A DNA stretch of 64,000 bases from Oculina patagonica. Taxonomy: Eukaryota. A program made the position numbers and the translations under genes. Below, piece by piece: positions 24,101 through 35,674 of the stretch (the first letter of the stretch is position 1; each line of letters starts with the position of its first letter). The notes beneath the pieces were generated by a model, which ran no database searches, was not told the origin of the DNA, and saw only the letters and a program-made list of their open reading frames with translations. The stretch lies in assembly GCF_052425735.1 (NCBI RefSeq), contig NC_135771.1, positions 2,914,001-2,978,000 on the forward strand, in the 5' to 3' direction.

Positions 24101-24835
24101 ACCAAATTATGATGTTTTTCAAATAAACTGTTTTGGCAGTTTGTCTTGGCCGCCAGCTGTCCAAATTAGCTGCTCGCATCTCTGAACCGTTCGTAAAATG
24201 CCTTCAATCACTTAACAATCACTATTACTACTATAAGCGTAGCTAAAACACGTATCGCAAGAACATACTACCTAAATTTAATTTATTTCTGTAGAAAATA
24301 CACCATATTTACTAACTGTTTTATGAATTTATGCTCCAAAAAGTCCCGGCCTAATATTTGCTAATAATGCCGTAGCAGTGCTCGTTTAAAAATAGTCTTT
24401 TTGCTCCAATTATGCCAAAAATTATGCTAGCACAATCCGCCAAGACATAGTACAGGCGTAACCAGGAGGAACATGGCCAGCGGGCTTTCTTTACTTTGTG
24501 TAACAACACTGTATTATTGCACTGCCATAACACTTACTAGCAACACCCCTCCAAGGTGTTACAGGTTACGGTTTCAACTGAGAACACTAATATACTATAT
24601 AGTTTTAGGGCGGTGGTGTGAAAGACTAAAAATGACGAACATTTGTGAATTTGTAAAAACTTGTTGCATGACAAGGTTTTACTATCCAAACAGTGGCCAA
24701 AAATCGTAGATCTCATTGTAGCGTTAATTTAAATAGTAGAATTGATAACGGTCAAAATATGTCTAAACCGTTTTTTGTTGTCTCTTTAACAGCCTCGCCT
24801 ACTCCCTCATATTATCCCAGTCGAGATGCAAAGAC
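640..24835 (+). CDS. Multi-CUB-domain protein with Thr/Pro/Ser-rich linkers (5' end outside window; 3' end uncertain after ~24835)
   Basis: Spliced exons with canonical AG/GT ends: U1 640-796, 1796-1962, 2687-2737, 3080-3127; U2 3866-4022, 8331-8497, 9192-9239; U3 9995-10151, 11561-11727, 12426-12467; U4 13154-13310, 15032-15198, 16029-16079, 16422-16466; U5 17229-17385, 18416-18582, 20035-20082; U6 21219-21369, 21980-22149, 22702-22746, 24793-24835. They join in one open frame with CUB motifs CG...TSPGYP.NYPNNMDC, C.(W/Y)DYLEI, GKYCG, FHSD....KGY. Confidence 0.9.
2271..2551. mobile_element. ~280-bp MITE-like dispersed repeat (other copies 15508-15788, 52276-52560, partial reverse copy 29797-30010)
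   Basis: Termini agagcggttttca...tgaaaactgctct (best seen at 52276-52560) form inverted repeats; internal sequence shared between copies. Confidence 0.75.
3866..9239 (+). CDS. CUB cassette unit 2 (exons A, B, D; L1 in A-B intron)
   Basis: Exons 3866-4022, 8331-8497, 9192-9239; loops NEFVVEYQIYC and FHSDRSFTYKGY. Confidence 0.88.
4960..8205 (+). mobile_element. 5'-truncated L1/Tx1-clade non-LTR retrotransposon (ORF2 reverse transcriptase)
   Basis: Motifs RARWHEHGEKSTKYF, KTPGNDG, WRPISLVNVD.K, IDFKKAFD, GVRQGDPLSP, QYADD, C-terminal CxxC-H-C; AATAAA at 8164, poly(A) tail, 16-bp TSD AACAAAGCAATCCTCA at 4944-4959 and 8206-8221; site empty in the other units. Confidence 0.95.
5875..6172 (+). 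mobile_element. 3' fragment of a CR1/L2-like LINE nested in the L1 ORF
   Basis: Encodes KYGLKSVRYWAANAWNQLP...FRNAVRS* (typical CR1/L2 ORF2 C-terminus), 3' UTR, (ATTG)n tail; ACT duplicated at 5872-5874 and 6173-6175. Confidence 0.8.
9995..12467 (+). CDS. CUB cassette unit 3 (exons A, B, D)
   Basis: Exons 9995-10151, 11561-11727, 12426-12467; loops DEFVVVYGWRC and FHSDAFVTNKGY. Confidence 0.88.
11043..11482. mobile_element. Truncated non-autonomous DNA-transposon-like insertion specific to unit 3
   Basis: Absent from the other units; internal gtctgg(g/t)atagggt repeats, partial inverted match gtatgtgccgc / gcggcacac, ends in ccctccccggg; replaces ~25 bp of host intron. Confidence 0.6.
13154..16466 (+). 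CDS. CUB cassette unit 4 (exons A, B, C, D)
   Basis: Exons 13154-13310, 15032-15198, 16029-16079, 16422-16466; loops NEFVMEYHWSC and FYSDGSNSYKGY. Confidence 0.88.
13827..14524. mobile_element. PIF/Harbinger (Tourist)-type MITE interrupted by a LINE fragment
   Basis: TIR aggccgatttacacggtacgattttgtcg / cgacaaaatcgtaccgtgtaaatcggcct (right TIR split), TAA TSD at 13824-13826 and 14525-14527; empty site 'ctgtaagacag' in the other units. Confidence 0.85.
13988..14507 (-). mobile_element. 3' fragment of a CR1/L2-like LINE
   Basis: ORF 14208-14495 MYKV...YNLR..F..PR.NTVTYGKHSLRY.GPKLW is a typical ORF2 C-terminus; (TTATC)n tail; ACCGT duplicated at 13983-13987 and 14508-14512. Confidence 0.8.
17229..20082 (+). 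CDS. CUB cassette unit 5 (exons A, B, D)
   Basis: Exons 17229-17385, 18416-18582, 20035-20082; loops NEFVVEHHWSC and FYSDAIVTRKGY. Confidence 0.88.
18598..19342. mobile_element. Non-autonomous DNA transposon, Academ-like
   Basis: Perfect 19-bp TIR TAGTCCGGCGGCTTAGCTC, 3-bp TSD ACA; TAG termini with a 3-bp TSD match Academ; absent from the other units. Confidence 0.8.
20940..21128 (-). mobile_element. tRNA-derived SINE (internally deleted)
   Basis: Reverse strand begins gggatggcgcagtggtgagaacgctcgcttcctaccaatgtggcccaggttcgatcccc (A/B-box-like); related degraded copy on + at ~58845-59050. Confidence 0.6.
21219..24835 (+). CDS. Diverged terminal CUB cassette (unit 6) with unrelated introns
   Basis: 21219-21369 GCGYVQNNTLTSPGYPNNYPNNMDCTYSIHIPHGKALRIVFEFFKVNDCG; 21980-22149 FDYLRITNERNQTLGEFCGNKSG...FHSDSFVTDQGYKL; linker exons 22702-22746 and (less certain) 24793-24835. 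Confidence 0.8.
23333..23934. mobile_element. MITE-like element
   Basis: Imperfect terminal inverted repeats tattgctggttttca ... taaaaaccaagaata. Confidence 0.45.
23940..24449. mobile_element. hAT-type non-autonomous element
   Basis: TIR taggtcttggcggattgtgct / agcacaatccgccaagacata; 8-bp TSD ATACAGGC / GTACAGGC (1 mismatch); subterminal ttatgc repeats. Confidence 0.7.
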
Positions 24836-27800
24836 GTAAGTCATTTATTGTTAATTTAATATTTAGCGATTTAACCTTTCTCATCCATTTGTTAATCTTT
24901 TGTGTTCATACTAAACTGGCCGCCAAGCCTCGTTAGCATGTGCAAAGAACAACAAGACTTTGAACCGGTAGGGAGGCTTGGCGGGCAGAAAGAACACAAA
25001 AGAATACCAAATGGCTGAGAAAGGTCTAGCCAGTACGCAAGTTCAACTTGAGCATGTTTTGTATCTATTTTTTATAGTTGATGTTATGTCTTAAAGATGA
25101 ATTACAGTCCGTACTGCGCAATCTCGGCTGCAATGTTTATGTGAGCCTCACAAACAAAGCAAAACTAAAAATTACGTGACAAACTTACCTGTTTCTTCAT
25201 TATTAACGCCAGATATCCTTGCAGAACAAATAATAACAAGTAGAAGAACCTTGACGCTATTTCAAACCGACGTTTCAGCTCATCGGAAGTTCTTGAACGA
25301 AGCGAACTGTAATGGCGGACTAAAAAAACTTCATGTATGCTGTCACCGAAGTGTAACATTTCAACGAATTCAAAACAAAAACGTAAACAAACCCCGAGTC
25401 TGCGCAGTACGGACTGGAAATCAGCTTTAAACGATATTATCAACTTAATAAATGTAGATGTAGAACTTGCGACTACTGGCGTCCATTTGCGTTACCGTTT
25501 GGCCAGGGCTTTATTATATTTTCTATGATAAAAAGTGGCTTGATTTTTCCTTAAATTTCAGTAAACTGCAACACTACTTGTACACTTTGCGAGCCACACT
25601 TAATGAGGTAATGGTATACGTATACTTCACGCTGATATCGTTTTATTCATTGTTTTATTATTAAACCCTATCCAGATAGGGGGGGAGGGGGGGGGGCGGA
25701 AAGTGCTTGCGCTGACTTTTAATGCTTATTACTTTTTCAAGATTCAACCAAACGCTGCCAAACTTTACGAGTTTATCTAAAATTTATCTGGGAATTATAT
25801 TCTTGGATAGGTTGTTGTGTCGGGAATATGACGTCACCATGACAATGGCATTTTGACAGACATGTTTTCCCACATTTGTAGTTTTTGTGTTCTTATCAAT
25901 GAAAATTAATTTATAAGTACTTTTATGCAATTATGAGTACTTTTTTATCGATTTTGGGCGGTTATCTGACGTTTTGGAAAAATTTTGAAATCCAAGATGG
26001 CGGCTGTATTGACATCATGATGTAATTGTAACGTGATGTGACGTCATCATCCCACGTGACGTACATCAAAAGATAGAATTTTTGACCGTTTTGAAATATC
26101 TTTTTTAGTTTAAGAGATATTTACTTTTTTGTATTATGCAAATGAGGAAAGTAATGACGTCATTAATCGTCCCACAAAAAGATAAAACATTGAATGAAGA
26201 GTTTCTCAAGAAATATTAGAGCGGGGTTATTCAAACGTGGCACCATAAATGTACAGAACAGTTCAGTATGTTATATCGTTCCGTTATACGGTATTTCCTT
26301 TGTTCCTTTGGTATTACAGATCGTTACAAAGATCCTACGTGAAAATATGACTGATTCACTTAGTTACAATATTTCTTGTTGTCAGTTTCATATGTATCAT
26401 TAGCAACAGCGTAAAAGACTTAACTTTTCAAAGTTATGTGGTGAATTAAAGCCACTTTCTTAATCCCTCCCTTGATACCTTTAAATGGCGTTAACTGAGA
26501 GTGTTTGTTTCTCGACTACATTTCATAGATGGAAAAGATTGTGGACAACGAACTTCAATCAAAAGTCTCTGTCAGGAGCTACAAAGGTATTACTGCATTA
26601 ATCCGTCTAGACGCATTGTGCATCTTGTAGTTTATCTTTAGTATAGGAACTATTCAGTTGCGTTTTCTTGTTGTTTTGGTAAAAATTTAAAACCAAAAAA
26701 GACGCTTGAGCACTTTAGGCCCGTACCTAGCGGTTGCAGGGGGAGGGGGGGGGGGGGAGGCAGTTGCCCCCGCCAGGAAAACTAAATTTCTAACATAGCG
26801 TTTGATTTTGCTGGGCTATTTCTTGTAGCTATATTAGAGTTTGCCCCCGCAGCGGTGTAGAGTGGAGTTTGCCCCTGCAGACAAAAAATCCTAGGTACGG
26901 CCCTGCACTTTCCAGCACGCATACTTTGGTGAATCGATACTGACAATTTTCATCGGGTGATGCTACAGTAATGGTATCAAAAGAATGACCAATAATTGGC
27001 GAACAAGATATGGTCATTTGCTTGACACAACAGATTATCATAGCAATGGTATACTCTATTAACCCCCTCCCCCCCCCCCCTTAATTTCAGGTTTAAGTAC
27101 TGATAATGTGACAACAAGCTAGGAGAATCTCAGTTGCTATTACTAATTTGTGATCAGTATTTTAAAAAACAACTTTTTGCAGAGTTTTAAAACATTCTAC
27201 GGAAGGAGTTTAGAGCCACTTTAATTAATGGCCGATTTTTTCAAGTTTATCGTTCACATTACATGTACATCTTAATCTTTTTCAGTCTTAACTATACATT
27301 TCTTGTTTATTTTTCGGCTTATTAGTACTCCTTGCATTTTCCTCCCACGCACAACTATTATTTTTAGCGTTTTTATCAGTTTGATAGAAATTTTGTACAC
27401 CAGGAAATTAAGCTAAGATGCCGTGACATAAATTGAAACGACTTACAAACCGTCCTGACGAGCTTGTTGTAGCGCCAGCTTTGTCCCTAAACTCTGCTGT
27501 TAGCGATGACGTAACCGAATAGAGCTCGCCTGTTTTCCCGTCCCATGCTTTGCGCGGTCATTGAAACAAGAGAGAATGCCTGGGGACTAGGCTTGCGTGG
27601 CGCTTAAACAAAACGTTGAGTTTTCTGTATTTTAACTCATAGAACGTGTCACGAGGACCCTGTCTGATTTGCATGCCGCAATGAACAGCGGAAGTCGCCA
27701 GAAACGTGACGTCAGGAGGGCAATGGTGATTGGCCAGTTGGAAAAGAAAGCCGCTGATTTGATGAAGAAACTGAACACCAAGGAAGGTTAGTGAAGCGGA

Positions 27801-27899
27801 TAAAAGGTCTCGCAAGTATTGCTGACATCCCGGAGCTTTAAATGCTATTTTCGAAGCAACTGAATTTCTGAACGAGTTGATTTCTCAAGATTAAGCGAC

Positions 27900-28288
27900 T
27901 ACCGTAAAATCACGGTTATAAGCCCCCCTCTCCCCGGTTACAAGTCCCCTCCCCCTCTCCCCGGTTATACGCCCGTTTCTCCCTCCCTGGTTATAAGCTC
28001 CCTTGCCATCTCCCCGGTCATTTTCCCATCTCAGTGTCTGCTTACGAAAAAGGAAGGTCGTAAATTAAAGCAGTAACTGCTGAACATCGCAAGTAAAAGT
28101 ATGATCAGAGTGATATTCTTAAAATATATCTATAAATAGAGTCTGTAAGTAGTTTTTTTCCAGCTAATTTCTAAACGGTTTTTTATTCAGAAGCCTCCTC
28201 GGATATAAGCTTCCCAATCATAAGCCCTCCCAAACCCCTAACAAAGTTGATACGCCCACCGAATCCTCATAAACGGGATTTTACAGTA
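27900..28288. mobile_element. Tc1/mariner-pogo-like MITE
   Basis: ta-ccgtaaaatcacgg...cgggattttacag-ta termini, internal ccggttataagccc repeats. Confidence 0.55.
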
Positions 28289-30696
28289 TTTAATTTTGCT
28301 GCTCGAGCTTTAGGCTTTTATGGCAAAGTCAGGGCGATTTTTAAATTTAATGACTATCTAATATAATCAAGCTGCTTTTTTTTTGTCATGAAATCGCAAT
28401 ATTCACTGAAATTTGTAACTTGTTAAGCTACTTTAAGTTTTCTTTATTCAGTGCCTTTGCTCTATGATTGATTAAACATATCAAATGAACTTGATTATTT
28501 GTAGCTCAATACAAGAGGCGTGTTTTGTTGAAGAAAAAAATGGCCGAGATGGCGCCGATAAAAGTTTACTAGACCGGTAAGTACAACAATAACAGGCAAA
28601 CTATTAGCCTGAGTGCAGACGTCTCCTCTTCGTAAATATAGTATACCTGTCAACGTTTTCTGGGTCAAAGGCTTGAGAGTTTTATCCTGAGAGTGCCAGG
28701 ATTTCCGAAGACAACACGACCATTTCCGGAGACGTCCGAAGTATTCCGAAGACGTTCCGAAGGTATCCCGGTTCCAGTCCCAGGACATGTTTTGCTAAAT
28801 ACGGCCTCTTTCCCAATGCATTTCTTATCAAAACTCGGTTGAGATTTTGGGGAAAGTATCTTCCTTTATTGCATTTTATACGGAGTTTTCGTTTCTCGCT
28901 GAAGTTTGAGTTTACTTTTTTTGGAAAGTGTGCCAGTAATGACTCACATTTTTCAACTAGGCGTGAGAAATTGGTTGGTAGGCGTGAGTTGGCGTGAGAT
29001 CAAAGTTTTCAACGCGCAGGCGTAAGACTCACTTCTAAGACGGGTTTGTTGGCAGGTATAATATAAGGCACGTTCATATGCTGGCCACCGAAGCATTTAC
29101 TCAATATAGCGCGTTTTTACTCACGTGGCCAGCGTCTATGCAAATAATATTGGAACAAAAAGAAGCGTTTACATATTAACGAAAAGACTTCAAATCCCAC
29201 AGGATTGGCTTGGTACACCAGCATGGCCGCCGTTTCGTTGTTTTGAAACACTAATTATATAATATGGCCGCCGTGACGCCATTAGCCTGCGTAGCAAGCG
29301 TTCCCGTGCGAGCAAATATTCTGGCGACTCCCTTGTTTTCCCTTTTTTGCTCTCGCCTCAATTTTCGCGCGGCCAGAATCTTTCGCTCTTCGCTCGCGCG
29401 CGACACATAACAGCACTTCGCTCGCACGGGAACGCTTGCTATGCAGGCTATGACGCCATGTGAAAAGCGACTGAAAACGCTCACTCGACAACACCACTAT
29501 ATCCGAAAACGGCAATTATTTTTCTCTCTATTCTTTTTTCCGCAGATCAGATGCAGAAACGGCTTGTTATGGACTTGACAAAAAACAAACACAAAAACAA
29601 GTAGATGTTAAAGGAAAAGACGAGGCATATAAACAAGGGGAATTTGTGTTCCGACAAAAAAATAAACTCGTCATAGTGATTCAATGGGGATTTATTTCAT
29701 TTAAATGAGGGAACCTTAATAAAGGAATGAAAAGCATAACACTGGTGTATTTTCTCTCTGTTTTAATTTATACCTAATTGCAATTACGTTGTGATGGAGC
29801 AGTTTTCAATTGAGTAACTTAAAACCAAAACCAAAGTAATCACTCTGGCCAATCACAAAGGACACAGACAATCCAGTGAGCCAAGCAAAACTCGAAAGAA
29901 AATACCTGTAGCCGGCACGAAGCGCGGGAAAACGTGCGCGAGTGAGTCGCAATTGGTTTTAGTTTTACTCGTGATTGGCTGAGAAGGTGGCGAGAGTGTT
30001 TTAAACCAGTCACTATATTAAGCTCTTAGAATCGCGGTGAGAAAGGATTGCTGAAGGCCTCCTAGTGAAGACGTGAGGGCGGAGGAGTGGAGTACACGTT
30101 GCCTTCGTCCTTTCCCTTACAATTTTTTTCATTTTCTCCCTTGTTTGTCATAAATAAACTAAATTACGGAATGTAATTATTAATAAACGAAATTGTCCCC
30201 GAGAATGTTTTGAGCCAAGTTCCCGGTTTCTTAAAAAATTGCCTCAAAATAATCCAACATTAGCCCTTGTTCCTTTTAAATAAATACCCACCCTCGTTGC
30301 ATCGTTATCTAGGCGGCTTTGTTTAAAAGTTTGAAGTGAATTATACGAAATAAATTCAATTAAAAACTACTTATGAATCTATATCACGGAAAATCCACAG
30401 CAAAGCTTTTCTAAACTCAACTACTGTTTTTGGGTTAAATACCGATTTTGCACTTTCCAAGTTCTTGAATTTCCAGTCGGTTTTCAAATCCTCTTTACAA
30501 ATCCTTCTACTTTTACTAAGAATGTTCGAGATTGTTAATGTAAAATCAATCACTTATATCGTTTGTTTACTTTTGCTGTTAGTTGCTATTGTTCACTGAA
30601 GTACTCTGTGACAGTTTTCGCACGCCCTCAATCTTACGTGCTCGAAACAGCCGAAAACAAAATTGAATTTAGGTGGTGTTCTCAGAGTGCGGGAAA

Positions 30697-33603
30697 ATGC
30701 AGCCCTTGTTTATTCTGATCCTTTGCGTAGAAATTGCAGCTATAACGGCAGGAAAATCAGACAACCATGGCTCAAAGCTCAGAGTGAAGAGATTTTTGAA
30801 TAATTCCGAAGACTTTACGGGAAATACACTTCACTCTTACATGAAGCAACTTTACAACACGCGAGCGAAAGGTAATGAAAATGGCAGTTTTACAATCTCC
30901 TTGCGAGGGCAGAAGATTATTGCTACCACAATTCGTGGTTTTGGGCCGGAGAAAAGCGGTAAGAACTCTGAAGAAGTGTGCTTTATTATAAATATTGTAA
31001 GTGCAGTTACCTATAATAAAGTAGATAGTTATCAGTGAATCTGTTACAGTTGTATCAAGTATGTAAAGTAAAGTGAGTTGTTGGAAAATATGTCAATGTG
31101 CGTGTTTTTTAAAATTTATTGCAATGTAAAGTTATGTTAAGTCAATTCTATTCCTCTCCCTCGTCTTAGTTTAATTTACCTGCCATTTTTTGAAGGCAAT
31201 CTGTTTACACGTATAGTGTGTTAACAACAATGTTGACATGAAAATATGCAATTAATGAAATCTTCCAATTTTCTGTTTCCAATATGCTAGTCAGAAATTT
31301 AAAGTTTATCGTTCAACAATAAACTTTAAAACAGAAAGTTTCTGTTTTCGGCTTTATTCTACGAAACTGCACTTCTTGAAACACGAAACGGTGATTTCAA
31401 ATTAACTTGCTTTGGGTATTGCTCGCCCCGCACGGACGCATGAACGAACACAGAGAAGTCAGTTAATTTCACAGTATATACATGCTGACTGAGCTATACC
31501 TTCACTTCGAGAGCAATTCCAAGAAGTCATTTCCGCGTGTTTTTTAGACAGGACCTTTACTTATGATTACAGTACTATTGTTTAATAGCGCTACTATTAC
31601 ATTTTATCTATTGAAGCGTGTTGGGCAAAAATCACTAAATTTTAAAGCGCTCGCTAAAATTTGTCTCGGTCAATTTTTTAAAGTACCCACACCTAAAGGA
31701 AACAAAAGTTAACATTATTGACCTGAAAAATTCGTTAAAAAATAGATGCCGGTAACTTTGTTCCTTCTGGCAATGCAAATGTTCGTTCAATTTCAAGTGA
31801 GTTTGTTCTTTTACTAAACATTTAGTTTCATCTTAGTTATGTGTTCATTAAAAACTGGTCTACACGATATCACTAACTTTTTAAATTTCTCGGAAAATCA
31901 CTATATTAAAAAGTCGCTAAATCTTGCTCTGAAAAAATAGCTAAAATTAGTAGCCGCTAAAAATAGTAATCTGTGTGTTTTTTCTCAGAAAATGACAGAA
32001 TTTAAACTTGTTCTAATGCATACAAGAGCTTACAGCGACTATTATTAAACAACATTTTCTTAGGGACCACATGGAAAGGCTCGACCATCGAAATGCAGTT
32101 TCGTTTGGGAAACGCTTTCAAACAGGAAATTATAGCGGAAGCTGAACTGATTGTGACTTCTAAACAAGGAAGTCTGTGGATGAATCGCAAATACAATGCC
32201 AGTGTTTACTTTGAACAATCCATTTTGGCGCCAAATGGCACGAGCTTGTTGGATTCTCGAGCTTTCCCACGCAGAGCAAATGTTGAGTTTGGACTGAACG
32301 TGACAGGTGCTGTAAAGGCTTGGAGTCTTGCAACAACGAAGACCTACAAACTACAGGTGAAACAAAATTTCATATTTTTAGAGCAATTTTCAGTTTATTG
32401 CACAAGGTATATATCTTCCGTTTCATGCTACACAGTCGGCATGAAAGCTTTTTCTCATAAATGTTCAGGCATTTTGCATGGCACTTCTTGTTGGGAGCAC
32501 TTTTTAAAATAATTTCTGAAATTATGGTTTTTCATTTATTTATACTGTGTGTAGAAATTTTATGTTGATCACTTTTGGAGCTTAACTAAACCCCCTACCC
32601 TCTACCCCCACCACAATACTAAGAATATTTTTCAATTAAAATGCATGGCTGGCGCTATGGCAAAGGACAATTTTACAAGTATTTCTTCAAAAAAGAGAGC
32701 CGGCAACAAGAAGTACTGGGTATTACTTTACATTGTGTGGCTCCATGCATTCAAACGTTTCAAATATTTTATCAATCAGAGATTGAACCGTTCTGTCGCA
32801 TTGTAATACCTCTATCTTTTACTTCATTTTGTCAATGCCCCCTTCCTTCCTTCCTTCCTCCCTCCCTCCTTCCTTCCTTCCTTCCTCCCTCTCTCCAAAC
32901 CACCCTCCCTTCCTCCCACCCTCCCTTCCTCTCTTTCTCTCTTCTTCCCTCTCACCCTCCCCCCCCCCCAATCATCCTTTATTCATACATTTCCTTATTC
33001 TTTTAGTTAAAATTAGAAGATTTGGTTCAACCCAATGGTACCAGAGCTCCTGTGTTACATGTGTGGAGATGTATCAAGCATGGCCACATCCATGGACCCT
33101 TCCTGGTACTGTACACTCGATCCAAACACGCAAATAACAAAGATGACATCTGGAAGTTGGTGACGCTCAACTGGCTTGCACTGTCCTCCAAACCAGACAA
33201 CACCACTGTGGGCAATAACAAAGATGTCACTCCGAAAGGACTTCCTGGAGAGAATGATGGCCGAGTTCCAAGGAACCCTACCCTGACTTGCTACCAGGTG
33301 TCATTTTCCATCAAAATGCAAGACTTCTACACCAACATTATCATGCCGCAGATTGGTTACGTCAACTACTGTGATGGCTATTGTTATTTTCCAATCCAGA
33401 ATCACTTGACGCCCACCACACATGCTATTATTTGGGCAATGTGGTGGAAGAGACATAGCCCTGATACCTACACACCCAAGAGACCACAGTGTGTTCCATC
33501 TAAGCTAGGAAGTCTATCTGTGATCTTGTCGGACCCTGAAACTGGTCACCCTGTGCAGAAAGAGTGGCAGGAGTTTTCAGCCAAAGAGTGTGGCTGTCGT
33601 TAG
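30697..33603 (+). CDS. TGF-beta superfamily ligand precursor (BMP/GDF/Nodal-like, divergent), 383 aa
   Basis: Exons 30697-30958, 32064-32356, 33007-33603 join in frame (1152 nt); signal peptide MQPLFILILCVEIAAITA; prodomain motifs (YMKQLY, TTIRGF, AEL, FGLNVTGAVKAW, PFLVLY); RVPR furin site; mature domain with CDGYC, PTTHAII, CVPSKL, ECGCR*. Confidence 0.92.
32842..32970 (+). repeat. CCTT/CCT pyrimidine-rich low-complexity tract
   Basis: (cctt)n/(cctc)n directly visible in the intron before the last TGF-beta exon. Confidence 0.85.
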
Positions 33604-35674
33604 TGTTCTGTCCTTCAGTTTACCACTGACTGACATTGTGTTATCCAATGTAAAATTTACATATTTTGTTAGAAATCACTTGCAGGGGAAACGTTCCTTG
33701 AATATTGTAACCCCTTACCCCTTGTTTCAAAACGTTTTTAGGGATTTTTGTGTTTACTGCTCTGCATAGTTCTTGTTTTCCCCTGAAATAATGTCCTTGC
33801 CACAACCCCAGAGAGCTTCTGTTATTGTGTGTGGTAGTAATATTGGGTTTATTCAGTTTTAAGATCTCAACTGGAATAACGTACTTCTGTTAGGAAATAC
33901 CAGTGTATCCAAAAGTCCAAAAATGCACTTGCATCAGTTTGAAAATAATTTATAGTTTTTTTGGTTTAATACAAGGTTGAAGAAATACCTTAGATGCGTT
34001 TTTTTTATTTTTTGACAAGGAACACATACGTTGGGGGGGGGGGGGCATTTTTTGTCTGTTCCTTTGCTACATTAAGAAGTATGAGACTTGTGGGAATGTT
34101 ACAGTTTAACAATAGATACAGTCTAAATATTTCAAGAATTGAAAGTTGTAGGATTGTTTACTGCAATAAAGCACATGGCTAATGAGTTATTTAACTAATT
34201 ACTACCAAAACGTAAAGAATCGCAGAACTGATAACCAATTCATAGACCGGAAGTCGTCATAACCAGACGAAACGTTAAGAAATCAGGTGACCCCTGAAAA
34301 GCCCGGGAAAGTCACGTGGTTGTGGTTTTTCACCTGATTGGGTGAAAAATGTCATCTTTGCTATGATTGGTTAGTTTAGGTTTGACAATATAGAACACTG
34401 CAAGTGCAAAACCATTTACAGTTAACAAATGAGATTCTGCCGCGAGTCACTGGGGAGGCGAGATGAGCAAGCAAAGCTGGATTTCGTTGAATTGACTAAA
34501 CAGACTAAATAGTAACTTAACTTTGCAAGTTATTGTCTACTACAACAAATTATTGTGTTAACCAGTCAGCTACTACATAACTGTTTAATTTAGCAGTATT
34601 AGCTAGACTGTAGTGAAGAAGTGACTGTAATATTTAAACTGTACTGTCATTTGGTAAGGTGTAAAAAGTACCGATTATAATAAAATTTCGTTATTTTTTA
34701 TATCGGAAAATGAAAATCTGGCAGTCGATTAAATACAAAGGGACGACCATTAGACTGTTTGCTACAAAAAAAAAAAGAACGCCACAAGACATCAGATGGA
34801 GTCGGCTTGTGCGAAAACTGGGGCAGATTTCTAACGCAACCTTGAAAGTTTTAGACTAATTTTCTCAAGGTACGTACGACTTCAGTGACTTTGAAATTTG
34901 CATCTTTCTCAGACCAAGCTTTGTAAACTCGATTTTGCCTTACGAAAAGACGAATGGAAAAATATTGCTCCCTATTTTTGAAAGTCGCTACGGACTTTTG
35001 CTTCGTAAACGTTTTAACGTTGAATTTCGATGTAGTTCCAAAGCACAATTGCAACGAAACACGGGGAAAAATGGGAAAACGTCGCGCATTACGTTTCCCC
35101 GCGCAACAGGGCTGTTAAAAACGTTTAAGTAGGATGAAGTAAAGGCACGCCTCGCTGAAAACTAAGCTGCATTATAGTAACTAGGTTGTTAATGAGTTAC
35201 CTTAACTCTTCAAGTTCCAAGAATTTTATGATAATTTTTTAATTTATCAATACAATGTCAAGTTGACAGGCGGTGATCTTGACGTTCCACCAAACGTTTT
35301 CAGACTAACTTTAAAAGTTCTCTGGCCCTATCCCCCACCCGGGGGCAAGGAACTGCCATCCCAAATGTTTCGTTCCCCGCCCGACCGACCCGAGAAAAAA
35401 AAAAAAAAAAATTCCAGCGCAGACTCATACAGCACCGTCTGTTAACACATTGGTTGTCACCGAACACGACTGAAAGAAAACGAACGAAAGACACGTCGAG
35501 TGACTGTATCAGGCCACTACCGCCCGGCCGAACCCAGACCCTAGTGTCACGACGACCGACCGACCGACCCACCACACAAGAAACGGGGGGGGAAACGAAA
35601 CATTTTATTGGGATGGCCTAAACTAACTTTAAAAAAATACATGACAACTAAATTCATATATAGTAAAGAAGTAT

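Noticed and set aside
25213-25224. ATATCCTT as a further U12 donor
   Set aside because: It directly follows an AG acceptor-like context, no upstream exon ends there, and no matching branch site or AC acceptor was identified.
32641-33137. Pro/Ser/Leu-rich ORFs in the TGF-beta intron
   Set aside because: By-product of a CCTT low-complexity tract.
30697-33603. Assigning a gene symbol (Nodal, Lefty, BMP2/4, GDF) to the TGF-beta ligand
   Set aside because: The mature domain is too divergent to assign orthology by eye; it needs a phylogeny.
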